From Saprospiraceae bacterium (GTDB lineage: Bacteria > Bacteroidota > Bacteroidia > Chitinophagales > Saprospiraceae), in NCBI GenBank assembly GCA_041631795.1, contig JBFKJL010000001.1, forward strand, positions 1 to 30,659: 30,659 nucleotides of DNA. Reading direction: 5' to 3'. How positions within the stretch are numbered: the first letter of the stretch is position 1; every line of letters starts with the position of its first letter. Below the pieces are notes generated by a model, which saw only the letters and a list, made by a program, of their open reading frames with translations, was not told the origin of the DNA and made no database searches. Both the position numbers and the translations under genes were made by a program. Below are positions 18,903-29,700 of the stretch, piece by piece.

Positions 18903-20685
18903 ATTTTTTATATAAACCTTCATTCTGAATGAGACTCTGGTGATCGCCGTCTTCGACCACCCGCCCTTTATCAATCACTAAAATACGATCAGCATTCTTT
19001 ACTGTAGAAATTCTGTGGGCAATAATAATGGCCGTTCTGTTTTTGAGAGCATGGACTATGGACTCGATGACCTTTTGCTCGGACTCCGCGTCCAGGGCAG
19101 ATGTAGGTTCGTCGAAAACCAGCAGCGAAGGGTTGTGCATCATGGCCCGTGCAATTGTAATTCTCTGCTTTTCACCTCCACTGATACGGGCCCCCTTATC
19201 ACCCAGCATCGTCTGCAGACCAGATGTATGTTTTGCAGGAATATCCGGGGCATGTGCTGCTTCAATGGCTTGCTGCAACCTTTCCACATCAAATGGCCTG
19301 TAGAACGTTATATTTTTCTCCAATGTGTCATTAAAGATAAAGGGTTCCTGGGTGACAAGCCCCAACAAGGATCTCCAGGACCCGGTGTCAATTTCCTGGA
19401 GGTCTGATCCATCTATGAGAATACGGCCTCCAGTGGGCTTAATGACCTTGAGCAGTAAAAGAATCATAGTGGTCTTGCCCGACCCGGAAGCACCAATAAG
19501 GGCTACTTTCTGGTCCTTATGCAGCTTAAAATTGATCTCTGCCAACACAGGTTTGTCTTCCCCGGGGTACATGAAGGACACATCCCTGAACTCAATGGTT
19601 GAAAATCGCTCTATTTTATCACCCTGACCATAACTCAACGGCTCCGTCTCGGCCGTGTCAAGAATTTCATCGATGCGCTCAAGGGCGGCGAGGCCTTTTT
19701 TAATATTGTAGTAGGCCATAGAAAATGACTTTGACGGTTCAATGACATTGTAGAAGGCAAAGATAAAGGCAAAGAAAACCTCGGGTTCAAGATCCCCTCC
19801 CAGAACTAGGCGGGAACCATAAAACAGGAGGACTACAACGACGGATACCCCGAGGAATTCAGATAATGGCGAGCTGAGATCCTTGCGTCTCAGTACTTTA
19901 TTGATGAGGGCTCTGTAAGTTTCATTGGATTTCTCGAATTTGGCGATCCATGGCAACCGTATGCCGAAAATGGCTATGGGAAGATGGCCATCAAGTGTCT
20001 CATCGACAATGGTGTTGAGTTTGGACAGTTCTCCCTGCAATTCCAGAGAATCCCTTTTCAATGTCCGGGACAGGGAACCTATGACTACAGCCGTAAAGAG
20101 CATTAAGACAAAGACGAAGAATGTAAGTCCCACATGTATCGTGAACATGAAAAAAACACTGCCAATAATAATTATTGGTGACTTGAAGAGTGCTTCGACA
20201 AACCTGAGAATACTCCATTCCACTTCCTGGACATCAGAACTTATGCGCGTGATCAGGTCGCCACGCCGCTGTGTTTTTAAGCCGAGGAAATCCATCCTTA
20301 CATAGGCATCATACAGGGCGGACCTGAGATTCCTCACGATACCACTGCGTACCGGCACCATGGTATACATGGCCAGATACCTGAAAAGATTTTTAAGAAG
20401 AAACACGGCTACAATGACGAGGCAGGTCAGGAAAAGGGCCCTTGAAGGACCATATGTCCCAATCATTTTGACGGAATAATAATTGAGCCAGCCTGTGATA
20501 TCCAAATGGTGAGTGGGGAGGACCGCTTCGGCGGGAGTCCTTGAAAAAAGTATCTGAAAAAAAGGTATGATCAGGGGTATGGACACAATTGTAAAAACGG
20601 CCATCAAAATATGGCATAATACGCTGAGAATAACATTTCGCCTGAATTGTGACAAGTGATCAATCAGTCTGAGAAGATCTTGCAT
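18877..20685 (-). CDS. MsbA-like ABC exporter (candidate lipid A-core flippase)
   Basis: TM domain with GDLITRISSDVQEVE resembling Bacteroidota MsbA homologues. Walker A GASGSGKT, VTQEP, ISGGEKQR, FDEPTSALD and AHR. Substrate not determinable from sequence. Confidence 0.9.
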   Translation of the reverse strand: MQDLLRLIDHLSQFRRNVILSVLCHILMAVFTIVSIPLIIPFFQILFSRTPAEAVLPTHHLDITGWLNYYSVKMIGTYGPSRALFLTCLVIVAVFLLKNLFRYLAMYTMVPVRSGIVRNLRSALYDAYVRMDFLGLKTQRRGDLITRISSDVQEVEWSILRFVEALFKSPIIIIGSVFFMFTIHVGLTFFVFVLMLFTAVVIGSLSRTLKRDSLELQGELSKLNTIVDETLDGHLPIAIFGIRLPWIAKFEKSNETYRALINKVLRRKDLSSPLSEFLGVSVVVVLLFYGSRLVLGGDLEPEVFFAFIFAFYNVIEPSKSFSMAYYNIKKGLAALERIDEILDTAETEPLSYGQGDKIERFSTIEFRDVSFMYPGEDKPVLAEINFKLHKDQKVALIGASGSGKTTMILLLLKVIKPTGGRILIDGSDLQEIDTGSWRSLLGLVTQEPFIFNDTLEKNITFYRPFDVERLQQAIEAAHAPDIPAKHTSGLQTMLGDKGARISGGEKQRITIARAMMHNPSLLVFDEPTSALDAESEQKVIESIVHALKNRTAIIIAHRISTVKNADRILVIDKGRVVEDGDHQSLIQNEGLYKKYVSIQDIQ

Positions 20686-20709
20686 AGACGGAAAGATAAC
20701 GGTTATTGA

Positions 20710-22059
20710 TCAGGATGGGTCGCCATCAAAATCAAAATCATCTAAAAACTTGGTCGTCACCCCGCCTTTTGTAAAGCGTTTGTCCTTCATAAGTTTTTGG
20801 TGGAACGGGATGGTTGTTTTGATGCCTTCCACAATAAATTCATCGAGAGCTCTTTGCATTTTCCTGATGCATTCATCCCGGGTTTTGGCCACGCATATGA
20901 GTTTGGCAATCATGGAATCATAGAACGGTGGCACCATGTAACTGGCATAGACATGGGTATCTACGCGCACACCGTGGCCTTTAGGACTGTGGAATGAAGT
21001 GATCTTTCCCGGACTGGGCCGGAATCCACGGAATGGATCCTCTGCATTGATGCGGCATTCCAGGGCATGCCATTCCGGGATCCTGTTCCCCATCTTGATC
21101 TTTTCACCTGCGGCAATCTTAATCTGATCTATGATGAGGTCAAGACCCATGATTTCTTCAGTGACCGTGTGCTCGACCTGGATGCGGGTATTCATTTCCA
21201 TGAAATAGAATTTTTGGTCTTTATCGACCAGGAATTCCACGGTCCCTGCACCTTCATATTTAATCGCTTTCCCGGCTTTTATGGCAGCCTTCCCCATCCT
21301 GTCTCTCAGTTTCTGATTGACGAAGGGAGAAGGGGCTTCCTCAACGAGCTTTTGATGCCGTCTCTGAACCGAGCAGTCGCGCTCCGAAAGATGGATCACC
21401 TTCCCGTATTGGTCTCCGAGGATCTGGATTTCTATGTGCCTGGGTTCTTCGATAAATTTTTCAATATATATCCCATCATTGCCGAAAGCTGCCTTCGCTT
21501 CACGCTGTGCAAAATTCCAGTTTTCCTCGAATTCATCTTCTTTCGAGACAATACGCATCCCTTTACCACCGCCACCTGCTGTGGCTTTCAGCATCACAGG
21601 ATAGCCGATATTACCGGCCAGTTTAATACCTTCGGCAACATTTTTAATCAGACCGGGTGAGCCCGGAACAACCGGCACCTTGGCATTGATCATGGTCTCC
21701 TTGGCCGTGATCTTGTCTCCCATTTTTCTTATCATCTCAGCAGAAGGGCCGATAAACTTCACACCGTATTCGGTGCAGACTTCAGCAAATGCCGCATTTT
21801 CTGCCAGGAACCCATACCCCGGGTGCACAGCGTCCGCATTGGTTATTTCCACTGCGGCCATGATACGCGGAATATTGAGATAAGATTCTGAAGAACTGGG
21901 AGGACCGATACATACTGCTTCATCCGCAAACCTGACATGAAGGCTATCTACATCAGCCGTGGAATACACGGCAACTGTTTTAATACCCATTTCCTTACAG
22001 GTTCTGATGACCCGTAGTGCGATCTCTCCTCTGTTGGCTATGAGTATCTTTTCAAACAT
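20710..22059 (-). CDS. accC: Acetyl-CoA carboxylase biotin carboxylase subunit
   Basis: Motifs [54 protein letters not shown] and YDSMIAKLI. Start refined to 22059. Confidence 0.97.
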   Translation of the reverse strand: MFEKILIANRGEIALRVIRTCKEMGIKTVAVYSTADVDSLHVRFADEAVCIGPPSSSESYLNIPRIMAAVEITNADAVHPGYGFLAENAAFAEVCTEYGVKFIGPSAEMIRKMGDKITAKETMINAKVPVVPGSPGLIKNVAEGIKLAGNIGYPVMLKATAGGGGKGMRIVSKEDEFEENWNFAQREAKAAFGNDGIYIEKFIEEPRHIEIQILGDQYGKVIHLSERDCSVQRRHQKLVEEAPSPFVNQKLRDRMGKAAIKAGKAIKYEGAGTVEFLVDKDQKFYFMEMNTRIQVEHTVTEEIMGLDLIIDQIKIAAGEKIKMGNRIPEWHALECRINAEDPFRGFRPSPGKITSFHSPKGHGVRVDTHVYASYMVPPFYDSMIAKLICVAKTRDECIRKMQRALDEFIVEGIKTTIPFHQKLMKDKRFTKGGVTTKFLDDFDFDGDPS

Positions 22060-22085
22060 TTCAGCGATTTTATTCAATTGTATGA

Positions 22086-22601
22086 TCAACCATTGGGATC
22101 GACAAGGAACAATGCCTGATCGTATTCAATGGGTGTGGCGTCATCAACGAGGACCTTGACAATCTTCCCTTTCACTTCACTTTCGATTTCATTAAAAAGT
22201 TTCATGGCTTCCACAATGCACACGACCGAGCCCACGTCAACACTGTCCCCAACAGTCACAAATGGATCTTTGTCAGGCGATGGCGAGCGGTAAAATGTGC
22301 CCACAATCGGGGATTTGATCTCTACATAATTGGTCTTTTCTTTTTCTTCAGATGCGCTGGATGCGGGCTCTGCTGCGGGAGCCGGAGCGGGCGGGGGTGC
22401 AACTGGAGCTTGTGCAGAATGAACGACCTGGGGGTGGTGGCTTACGGTCGGAGGTGCCGGGAGCATCATCTGTGGGTGATCTTTATCGCTTTCCTTGTGT
22501 GCCTTGATTTTGATTTCGAATTCCCCATCCTTGATTTGGACCTCGGCCAGGTTTGACTTGGCAAATGCTTTGATAAGGTCTTGAATTTCCTTGAAAGTCA
22601 T
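22086..22601 (-). CDS. accB: Acetyl-CoA carboxylase biotin carboxyl carrier protein
   Basis: Pro/Ala linker, [15 protein letters not shown] and biotinylation motif EAMKL. Confidence 0.97.
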   Translation of the reverse strand: MTFKEIQDLIKAFAKSNLAEVQIKDGEFEIKIKAHKESDKDHPQMMLPAPPTVSHHPQVVHSAQAPVAPPPAPAPAAEPASSASEEKEKTNYVEIKSPIVGTFYRSPSPDKDPFVTVGDSVDVGSVVCIVEAMKLFNEIESEVKGKIVKVLVDDATPIEYDQALFLVDPNG

Positions 22602-22606
22602 AGGTT

Positions 22607-23170
22607 CTATTTTACGCGTTCTATATATGCCTTTGTCCTTGTGTCTATCTTCACCTTGTCCCCCTCATTGATAAAAATAGGTACTTTAATCTCGGCTCCT
22701 GTTTCAACTGTTGCCGGCTTTGTGACATTTGTCGCCGTATCTCCACGAACTCCTGGCTCGGTATACGTGATCTCAAGAACAATGTGAGAAGGCATTTCTA
22801 TCGTTAGTGGTTCGTTTTTCTCAGCATGGAAAAGGATCTCAATGATCATACCATCTTTAAGGAGATCAGCATTTTCAATCATTTCCTCATTGATCCTGAT
22901 TTGCACATATGTCTCGGTATTCATAAAATGGTACCCCATGTCATCCTTGTAAAGGTACTGGTACTTCCTTCTTTCGACCCGGACATCATCAATCTTGTGG
23001 CCTGCCGGGAAGGTATTGTCGATCACCTTACCTGTGGTCATACTCTTAAGTTTGGTTCTCACAAAAGCATTGCCTTTACCGGGTTTGACATGCAAAAATT
23101 CAACAACAGTATAAATGTCATTATTGAAACTGATGCACAATCCGTTCCTGATATCTGAAGTACTGGCCAT
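22607..23170 (-). CDS. efp: Elongation factor P
   Basis: Motifs [28 protein letters not shown] and VPIFINEGD. Confidence 0.97.
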   Translation of the reverse strand: MASTSDIRNGLCISFNNDIYTVVEFLHVKPGKGNAFVRTKLKSMTTGKVIDNTFPAGHKIDDVRVERRKYQYLYKDDMGYHFMNTETYVQIRINEEMIENADLLKDGMIIEILFHAEKNEPLTIEMPSHIVLEITYTEPGVRGDTATNVTKPATVETGAEIKVPIFINEGDKVKIDTRTKAYIERVK

Positions 23171-23239
23171 GAAGAATTTTATTTGTGTAATGTAAAGATA
23201 ATATTTAAAAACCCTGAGTAATACAAATGTGCGAATGAA

Positions 23240-24223
23240 TTAAATTGCCCATTTTAAATAAATCGCACCCCATGTAAATCCCCCACCGAATGCTGTCAGG
23301 ATGATATTATCGCCTTTTTTGAATTTGTGTTCAAAATCCCTGAGACACAAAGGGATTGTGGCGGCCGTTGTGTTTCCATAATTTTCAATATTGATCAGGA
23401 CCTTGTCTGTTGAGACATCCAGGTAGTTGGCTACAGCATGAAGAATACGCTTATTGGCCTGGTGGGGCACGATCCACTGTACGTCTTCACTTGTGAGGCC
23501 ATTTTTTGCCATAACATCCTCGATGCAATCTGACATCCCTTTTACGGCCGCTTTAAAAACGACGCGCCCTTCCTGGTAGGCAAAGTGCTCCCGATTTTGC
23601 ACTGTCTCATGTGACGCCGGGTGCCGACTGCCCCCGGCCTTGCAATAGAGATAGTCTGCACCAGAACCATCAGCACCCAGGACAGCATCAATGATCCCGT
23701 TTTCAGTTCCAGGCTCCAATAAAACTGCCCCTCCAGCATCTCCAAATAAAATACATGTTGTCCTGTCCTCATAATCGACAATTGAAGACATCATGTCAGC
23801 CCCGATGACTATTATCTTCTTATACGTTCCTGTTTCTATAAACTTCGAAGCGGTGACCAGTGTGTAAATGAAACCCGAACACGCGGCATTGATGTCATAG
23901 CCAAAAGCTTTTTTTGCACCGATCTTGTGGCCAATGATGTTTGCCGTATCCGGAAATGGGTAATCAGCCGTCACGGTCGCCACCATGATCATATCAATTT
24001 CCTCGGGATGTGTATTTGTTTTTTTCAGTAGAGCCCTGGCCGCCTCCGCTCCAAGATCACTTGTCGCCTTATCAGGATCCTTCAGGATATGTCTTTTCTT
24101 GATGCCTGTACGGGTCGTGATCCACTCGTCACTAGTATCGACCATTTTTTCAAAATCCTTATTGGTCAGAATGTGATCAGGCACATAAGCGGCAACTCCA
24201 CTGATGATTGCTTTAGTTTTCAT
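23240..24223 (-). CDS. fabH: 3-oxoacyl-ACP synthase III
   Basis: Catalytic triad motifs AACSGF, PHQAN and GNTTAA, plus WITTRTGI and FGGGFTWG. Start refined to ATG 24223. Confidence 0.96.
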   Translation of the reverse strand: MKTKAIISGVAAYVPDHILTNKDFEKMVDTSDEWITTRTGIKKRHILKDPDKATSDLGAEAARALLKKTNTHPEEIDMIMVATVTADYPFPDTANIIGHKIGAKKAFGYDINAACSGFIYTLVTASKFIETGTYKKIIVIGADMMSSIVDYEDRTTCILFGDAGGAVLLEPGTENGIIDAVLGADGSGADYLYCKAGGSRHPASHETVQNREHFAYQEGRVVFKAAVKGMSDCIEDVMAKNGLTSEDVQWIVPHQANKRILHAVANYLDVSTDKVLINIENYGNTTAATIPLCLRDFEHKFKKGDNIILTAFGGGFTWGAIYLKWAI

Positions 24224-24533
24224 AGTAGAACACAAAGAAACAAAAAAAACACTTTTAAAGAACCCCTGTGATTGATGCCATATCGAATAACCCAGCCCGG
24301 TCATGGACACTCCGAAATTGAGGCTGGCCCGGGAAAGTAACGTGGGGGATATTTTAACATTTTATAAATAAAATATATGTATGATACTGTCTTATAATAA
24401 TTTATGTCTTTAATCGTGAGCCTAGAACCCATCTAAAAGAGCATCTCAGCTTCCGAATTATTACACTGGAATATTATTTGTAATACGTTATATGTTACTT
24501 ATCAGTGATTTACATTTTAGAATAATATTTAAT

Positions 24534-25331
24534 ATGAAAACATATCTTCTTTTTCTCGTTTTTTCCTTTTCAGGATTCTTGCACGGAATCGTTGAAGCCC
24601 CTGAAAACGGTACAAAACCGCATTCGCAGGTCCAATTTTATAAAGGTGGATTTGACTCTGCTCAATCCAAGGCTGCTGCAGAGGGGAAGCTTTTTTTCGT
24701 AGACTTCTACGCCGACTGGTGTACTCCATGTATCTGGATGGATAAAACAACATTCAGGGACAGGCTGGTTGTGAATGCCATCAACAAGGATTTTGTCGCC
24801 CTGAAAGTGGATATTGAGTCCGAAGAAGGCTATAAGTTGAAAAATCGTTTTGACGTCACAATTCTCCCCACTATCCTCATCTTCAATTCCCAGGGCCAAC
24901 TGGTGGAAAGAATTGAAAAAACTGTGAGTGCGGAAGGCATGAAAAGCCTCCTCAAATTCCATAACAACCCGCGCAACAAAATTGTCAGGACGCACAAGGT
25001 CAATACCCGCCCGGGAACAACAGTGAAAGAAAAGGAAATCCAACAGTCAGATACAGAAATCTCGGACATGTATAAACGATACCAGACTCTGGAGAAATTC
25101 AGGACGAATTACAAGCTCCAGATCGGATCCTATTACAATCACGAAAGTGCCTTTGACAAGGTCAATGACCTTAAAAAAGACTTCCTTGAACCCATTATTG
25201 TGCTGACGGACTATTTCGACAATGCCACCCAGTACAAAGTGCTCATGGGAGAATTCCAGACACTTGAAGAAGCTGAAAGTTTCAGAAAAATACTGCAGAG
25301 AGACTTTCAAATTGAATCGATAGTATATTAG
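24534..25331 (+). CDS. Exported thioredoxin-fold (CxxC) protein with C-terminal SPOR domain
   Basis: Signal-like MKTYLLFLVFSFSGFLHG. Trx fold with FYADWCTPC (CxxC at 24720-24731) and LPTILIF. SPOR-like YKLQIGSY, YKVLMGEFQTLEEAE from about 25107. Start refined from 24492. Confidence 0.8.
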   Translation: MKTYLLFLVFSFSGFLHGIVEAPENGTKPHSQVQFYKGGFDSAQSKAAAEGKLFFVDFYADWCTPCIWMDKTTFRDRLVVNAINKDFVALKVDIESEEGYKLKNRFDVTILPTILIFNSQGQLVERIEKTVSAEGMKSLLKFHNNPRNKIVRTHKVNTRPGTTVKEKEIQQSDTEISDMYKRYQTLEKFRTNYKLQIGSYYNHESAFDKVNDLKKDFLEPIIVLTDYFDNATQYKVLMGEFQTLEEAESFRKILQRDFQIESIVY

Positions 25332-25341
25332 CTGAAAAAAG

Positions 25342-26589
25342 ATGTCCCATCCCGGAAACATTCTCATCAGGCATATTAAGTCTATCAAAGGAATTTCTGA
25401 ATCGCCTTACGCTTTTAAAAAGGGTAAGGCGATGTCTGTGTGTGAAGAGATGGACAATGCATATCTCCTTGTTGCCGATGGCCGTATTGCGGATTTCGGC
25501 CCGGATGATGAGGCGCCGGACTTCAATGGTCCCACCCTAGATGCTTCAGGGCGTCATGTTCTGCCGGCATGGTGCGATTCGCATACCCATATTGTCTATG
25601 CTTCCAGTCGTGAAAAAGAATTTGTCGCCAGGATCATGGGCAAATCTTACGAGCAAATTGCCCGGGAAGGGGGTGGCATCCTCAATTCAGCGCGTAAACT
25701 CGCCCAAACTGACGAGCACACTCTTTACGAGGCCGCTGAAAAAAGACTGAATGAAGTCATAGGATTCGGCACGGGAGCCATTGAGATCAAAAGCGGCTAT
25801 GGTCTTTCTCTTGAGAGTGAATTGAAAATGCTCAGGGTCATCCAGGCCCTGAAAAACAACTCCGAAGCGACGATAAAGGCCACATTTCTCGGAGCGCATG
25901 CCATACCGGAACAATACAAATCGAACCGCCAGGGCTATATCGACCTGATCATTAACCAAATGCTGCCTGCCGTTGCCAATGAAAACCTTGCCGATTACTG
26001 CGATGTCTTCTGTGATGAAGGTTTTTTTACAGTTGAAGAAACAGACAGGATACTGAATGCGGCTTCAGCCTATGGTCTGAAACCCAAGATCCACGCCAAC
26101 GAACTCGCCAACTCTGGTGGTGTACAGGTGGGCATACAAAACAACGCCATTTCTGTAGATCACCTAGAACGCATAGAAAACAAAGAAATAATGGCGCTTT
26201 TGGACTCTGACACGATCCCTACCCTGCTGCCGACAACTTCCTTCTTCCTTAACATTCCTTTCGCACCGGCCAGACAAATGATAGAAGCCGGTCTGGGGTT
26301 TGCTTTGGCTACAGATTATAATCCAGGATCCACGCCATCGGGCAATTTTCCATTGCTCATGAGCATCGCAGCCTTAAAAATGAAATTGCTTCCCAACGAG
26401 ATTTTCAATGCCGTAACGATCAATGGCGCTGCAGCCATGGAAGTGGACAAGGAATTAGGCTCCATCACCATTGGGAAAATAGCAAATTTAATTGTCACAA
26501 AAGCTATTCCCTCCTTTGATTATTTGCTCTATGCATTTGGCAGCCAACATATTGACAAGGTCATTCTCAACGGCAAATTAGTTGGGTGA
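25342..26589 (+). CDS. hutI: Imidazolonepropionase
   Basis: Amidohydrolase motifs DSHTH, EIKSGYGL, DVFCDEGFF, IHANEL, SVDHLE and ATDYNPG. Confidence 0.96.
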   Translation: MSHPGNILIRHIKSIKGISESPYAFKKGKAMSVCEEMDNAYLLVADGRIADFGPDDEAPDFNGPTLDASGRHVLPAWCDSHTHIVYASSREKEFVARIMGKSYEQIAREGGGILNSARKLAQTDEHTLYEAAEKRLNEVIGFGTGAIEIKSGYGLSLESELKMLRVIQALKNNSEATIKATFLGAHAIPEQYKSNRQGYIDLIINQMLPAVANENLADYCDVFCDEGFFTVEETDRILNAASAYGLKPKIHANELANSGGVQVGIQNNAISVDHLERIENKEIMALLDSDTIPTLLPTTSFFLNIPFAPARQMIEAGLGFALATDYNPGSTPSGNFPLLMSIAALKMKLLPNEIFNAVTINGAAAMEVDKELGSITIGKIANLIVTKAIPSFDYLLYAFGSQHIDKVILNGKLVG

Positions 26590-26711
26590 TTCAGGCAGCA
26601 TTTTTTCTTTCTTTCCTATCTTTGTTCTTGACGACTTGATCAAAATATCCCTTTGATTCAGTCGTTCTAATATCGTCCCTGCAGAGTTAATAACATATTA
26701 CTTCTTTCATT

Positions 26712-26720
26712 TATATTTGC
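26712..26720 (+). promoter_or_regulatory. Bacteroidota -7 promoter element
   Basis: TATATTTGC matches TAnnTTTG(C), 20 nt upstream of ATG 26741. It contains the TTG that the ORF track used as a start. No clear -33 element. Confidence 0.5.
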
Positions 26721-26740
26721 GAAAATTTGCCAAATCATTT

Positions 26741-29700
26741 ATGAGAAGCCTTAGATTGGTTTTTACTGTGATTTCATTATTTCTGGCTTTTATGGTTAAA
26801 GGCCAGGATTGTGACAGCATTGCAATGGAAAGTGCTGTTACCTTTGAATTCATCACCCCTTCAAACATCAGTTCAGGAGACAATTTTTGTGTCGCAGTCA
26901 CTGTAGAGAACTTCATCGATGTCGCCGTATTTGAATTCACGATGACCTTTGACCCTTCCGTCCTGGAATTCCTACAGATCATAGATGCCGGTTCCCCGCT
27001 TATCGGGCCGATTGATGCCAACACAACCATAAACGAAAACGGCCTGCTGGTTGTCATCTGGACCAACCTCAACGCAGAGGGTCAAACACTGGATGACGGC
27101 TCCCAAATCTTTTCAATATGCTTTACTGCAGTCGGAGAACCCAATGAATGCAGTGTGCTCAGCATGACAGATGCCTTCGAACCGACCTTCCCGGGTCTCG
27201 AGGTCGGGATTTCCACTTCAATCTTCAACCCCATTTGCCCGGATACCCTGGAATTTACGCCCGCTGAAATTTGCCTGGCCTGCAATGCGCTTTCGCTTTC
27301 AGCATTTTACTGCAACTCCAACACCGGCAATGGCTCGATCACAGTATCTGCATGCGGGGGACTGCTGCCATACAACCTCACGATCACAGGCCCTTCAACC
27401 TCGGCCAGTGGCACCATTTCAAATCCCGAAGACACATATACACTGGACAATCTCGCGGCGGGTTTCTACACAGTCGTCCTCACTGACGGGACGGGAAACT
27501 CTGTTCAGGACGATATATTTATTGACAATGTCTCTCCCCTTTCGTTTGACCTTGTCACGGTCAACCCCGCCTGCAACGGAGGCAGAGGCTATATTCTTGT
27601 GGAAAACATCAACTTCCCGAATTCGGATATCAACTGGTCAACCGGCGCGTTCGGACTTGATTCTCTGAGGCTCTCCGAAGGGTCCTATTCAGTAACCGTT
27701 ACGGATGAAAACGGTTGCATGGCTGTGCAGACCACGACAATATTTACTGAGCCCCTTACTGCCCAGATCCAGATTGATTCAGCTTCCTGCCAGGGAGGCA
27801 ATGATGGCGTCATTCAAATTGCCGCTTCCGGTGGCACGCCCTTTTCCGATGGCTCCTACATATACCAGAATCAATTCCAGGTCCCCTCCTACCAGGATGT
27901 CTCGGCTGATGAAGGATTCTACCCGATCAGGATCGTTGATGCCAATGGGTGCCTTTTTGAAACTGATACTATCATTCCTTTGCAGGATTCCCTGCTCGCA
28001 TCGGTTTCTGTCATTGATGTTCCCTGTTATGGGGATAGTACGGGATCAGCTGTCATATCCATGAACCTGCCCGGGCAGTACAGTTTTTTACCAAGGGATA
28101 CCAGTGGCAATTTTTACACAGATATTTTCGGCGTCGTTTCTTCGAACTCCCTGGTCTATGACAACCGTCTGCCTGCGATCACCCTGAACATTGAGATTCG
28201 GGATCAGATCAGGGGCTGTGAAACGGACGCCACTTTCACCATTGACCAGGCACCTGAACTGTTTTTTTCGGGGACTTCTACCGACCCGACTTGCCTGGAC
28301 CAGGATGGGACCATAGAAACCACAGCCAGCGGAGGCACAGGCCCCTATACATATTCATGGTCGCATGACACAACCCTGGTGGAAGGCGCGCTCGACAGCC
28401 TGCTGTCAGGCACATTTGATGTTACAATGACCGACGCCAATGGGTGTACAGAATCCCTGCAATTCCAGTTGAATGGAGATAAAGTCATAACAGTCGATGC
28501 GCAGATCATTGATCCATTAAATTGCGATGGCACTGGCCAGGGTTTACTCCGCGCCAATGTCACAACTTCAGCGGCAAATCTCAGTTACACATGGTTAAAT
28601 GCCGCCAGCATCATTATAGGGACTGAGCAGGATCTCATCGTCACCAGCGGAGGGACCTATATCATAGAAGTGACAGACGAAGATGCAAATTGTTCTGTGA
28701 GAGATACTGTATCCATCATTCCTTCGGGCGCATTTACTTTTGAAGTATCTGCAACTGATCCCACATGTCCCGGGGGAATTGACGGTTCCATCTCTTTTGT
28801 CAACATCATGGGAGGGGTGGCGCCTTTCACTTTCAACTGGTCAGGATTTGGGGAAGTGGGCCCTGTTGTCACGAACCTTGAAGCAGGTGACTATGCCGTT
28901 CTCATATCAGATAGCGATAATTGTGCAATTGACACAACCGTCACCCTTGTGGATCCGGATCCGATCAGCCTGGTTGTCCAGGATATTGATGGGACCTCTT
29001 GTTTTAACGGGAACGACGGGCAGGCAACGGCCATCGCGGGCAACAGCCCAACCGGGGCAACTGATTTTTTCTACTTCTGGTCAAATTCAGACGACGACGA
29101 CATGGGGGAAACTGATGATGCTGCGGCATTGCCATCCGGGCAAAACTATGTCATCGCCTTTGATGGATCGTGTACGTCAGACACGGTTTATTTTAATGTC
29201 CCACAACCTGATCAAATCCAGCTTGATGCCGCAAATTCACTGGTCTCAGATCCCCTTTGCTACGATGAATGTACGGGAACTGCCGACCTGGCAGCCTCAG
29301 GGGGAATTTCAGCTACTGGCGTGTATGCATTCACCTGGGAGAACGGGGCTGACACTGAAACCAGGAACGACCTTTGCGAAGGGTTGCACTACATCAGTAT
29401 CGAGGATGACAACGGGTGCATGGAAGTGGATTCCATTTTTTTGGGTCAACCTGATTCCCTGAGTCTGGAAATAGATCCCAATCTTACCTCTGATCTGAGT
29501 TGCTTCGGTTCTAATTCCGGAAGCATTGGTGTTTTCGCAAGCGGCGGCACAGGGGATCTCAATGATTTTTCTTACATCTGGTCCGGCAATGAATCGACAT
29601 CAAACCTCGCTGAAAACCTTGGGGCAGGCATGTATAGCATCACTGTTTCAGATCAGAACGGGTGTACCGCCACCGTCACTTACGAACTTCAATCATCAAC

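Noticed and set aside
24334-24533. AT-rich intergenic stretch as replication origin or small gene
   Set aside because: No DnaA boxes (TTATCCACA-like) or convincing ORF were seen. It is adequately explained as a divergent promoter region.
26717-26740. TTG start for the large T9SS protein
   Set aside because: The TTG is part of the TATATTTGC -7 element, and ATG 26741 gives a canonical signal peptide.
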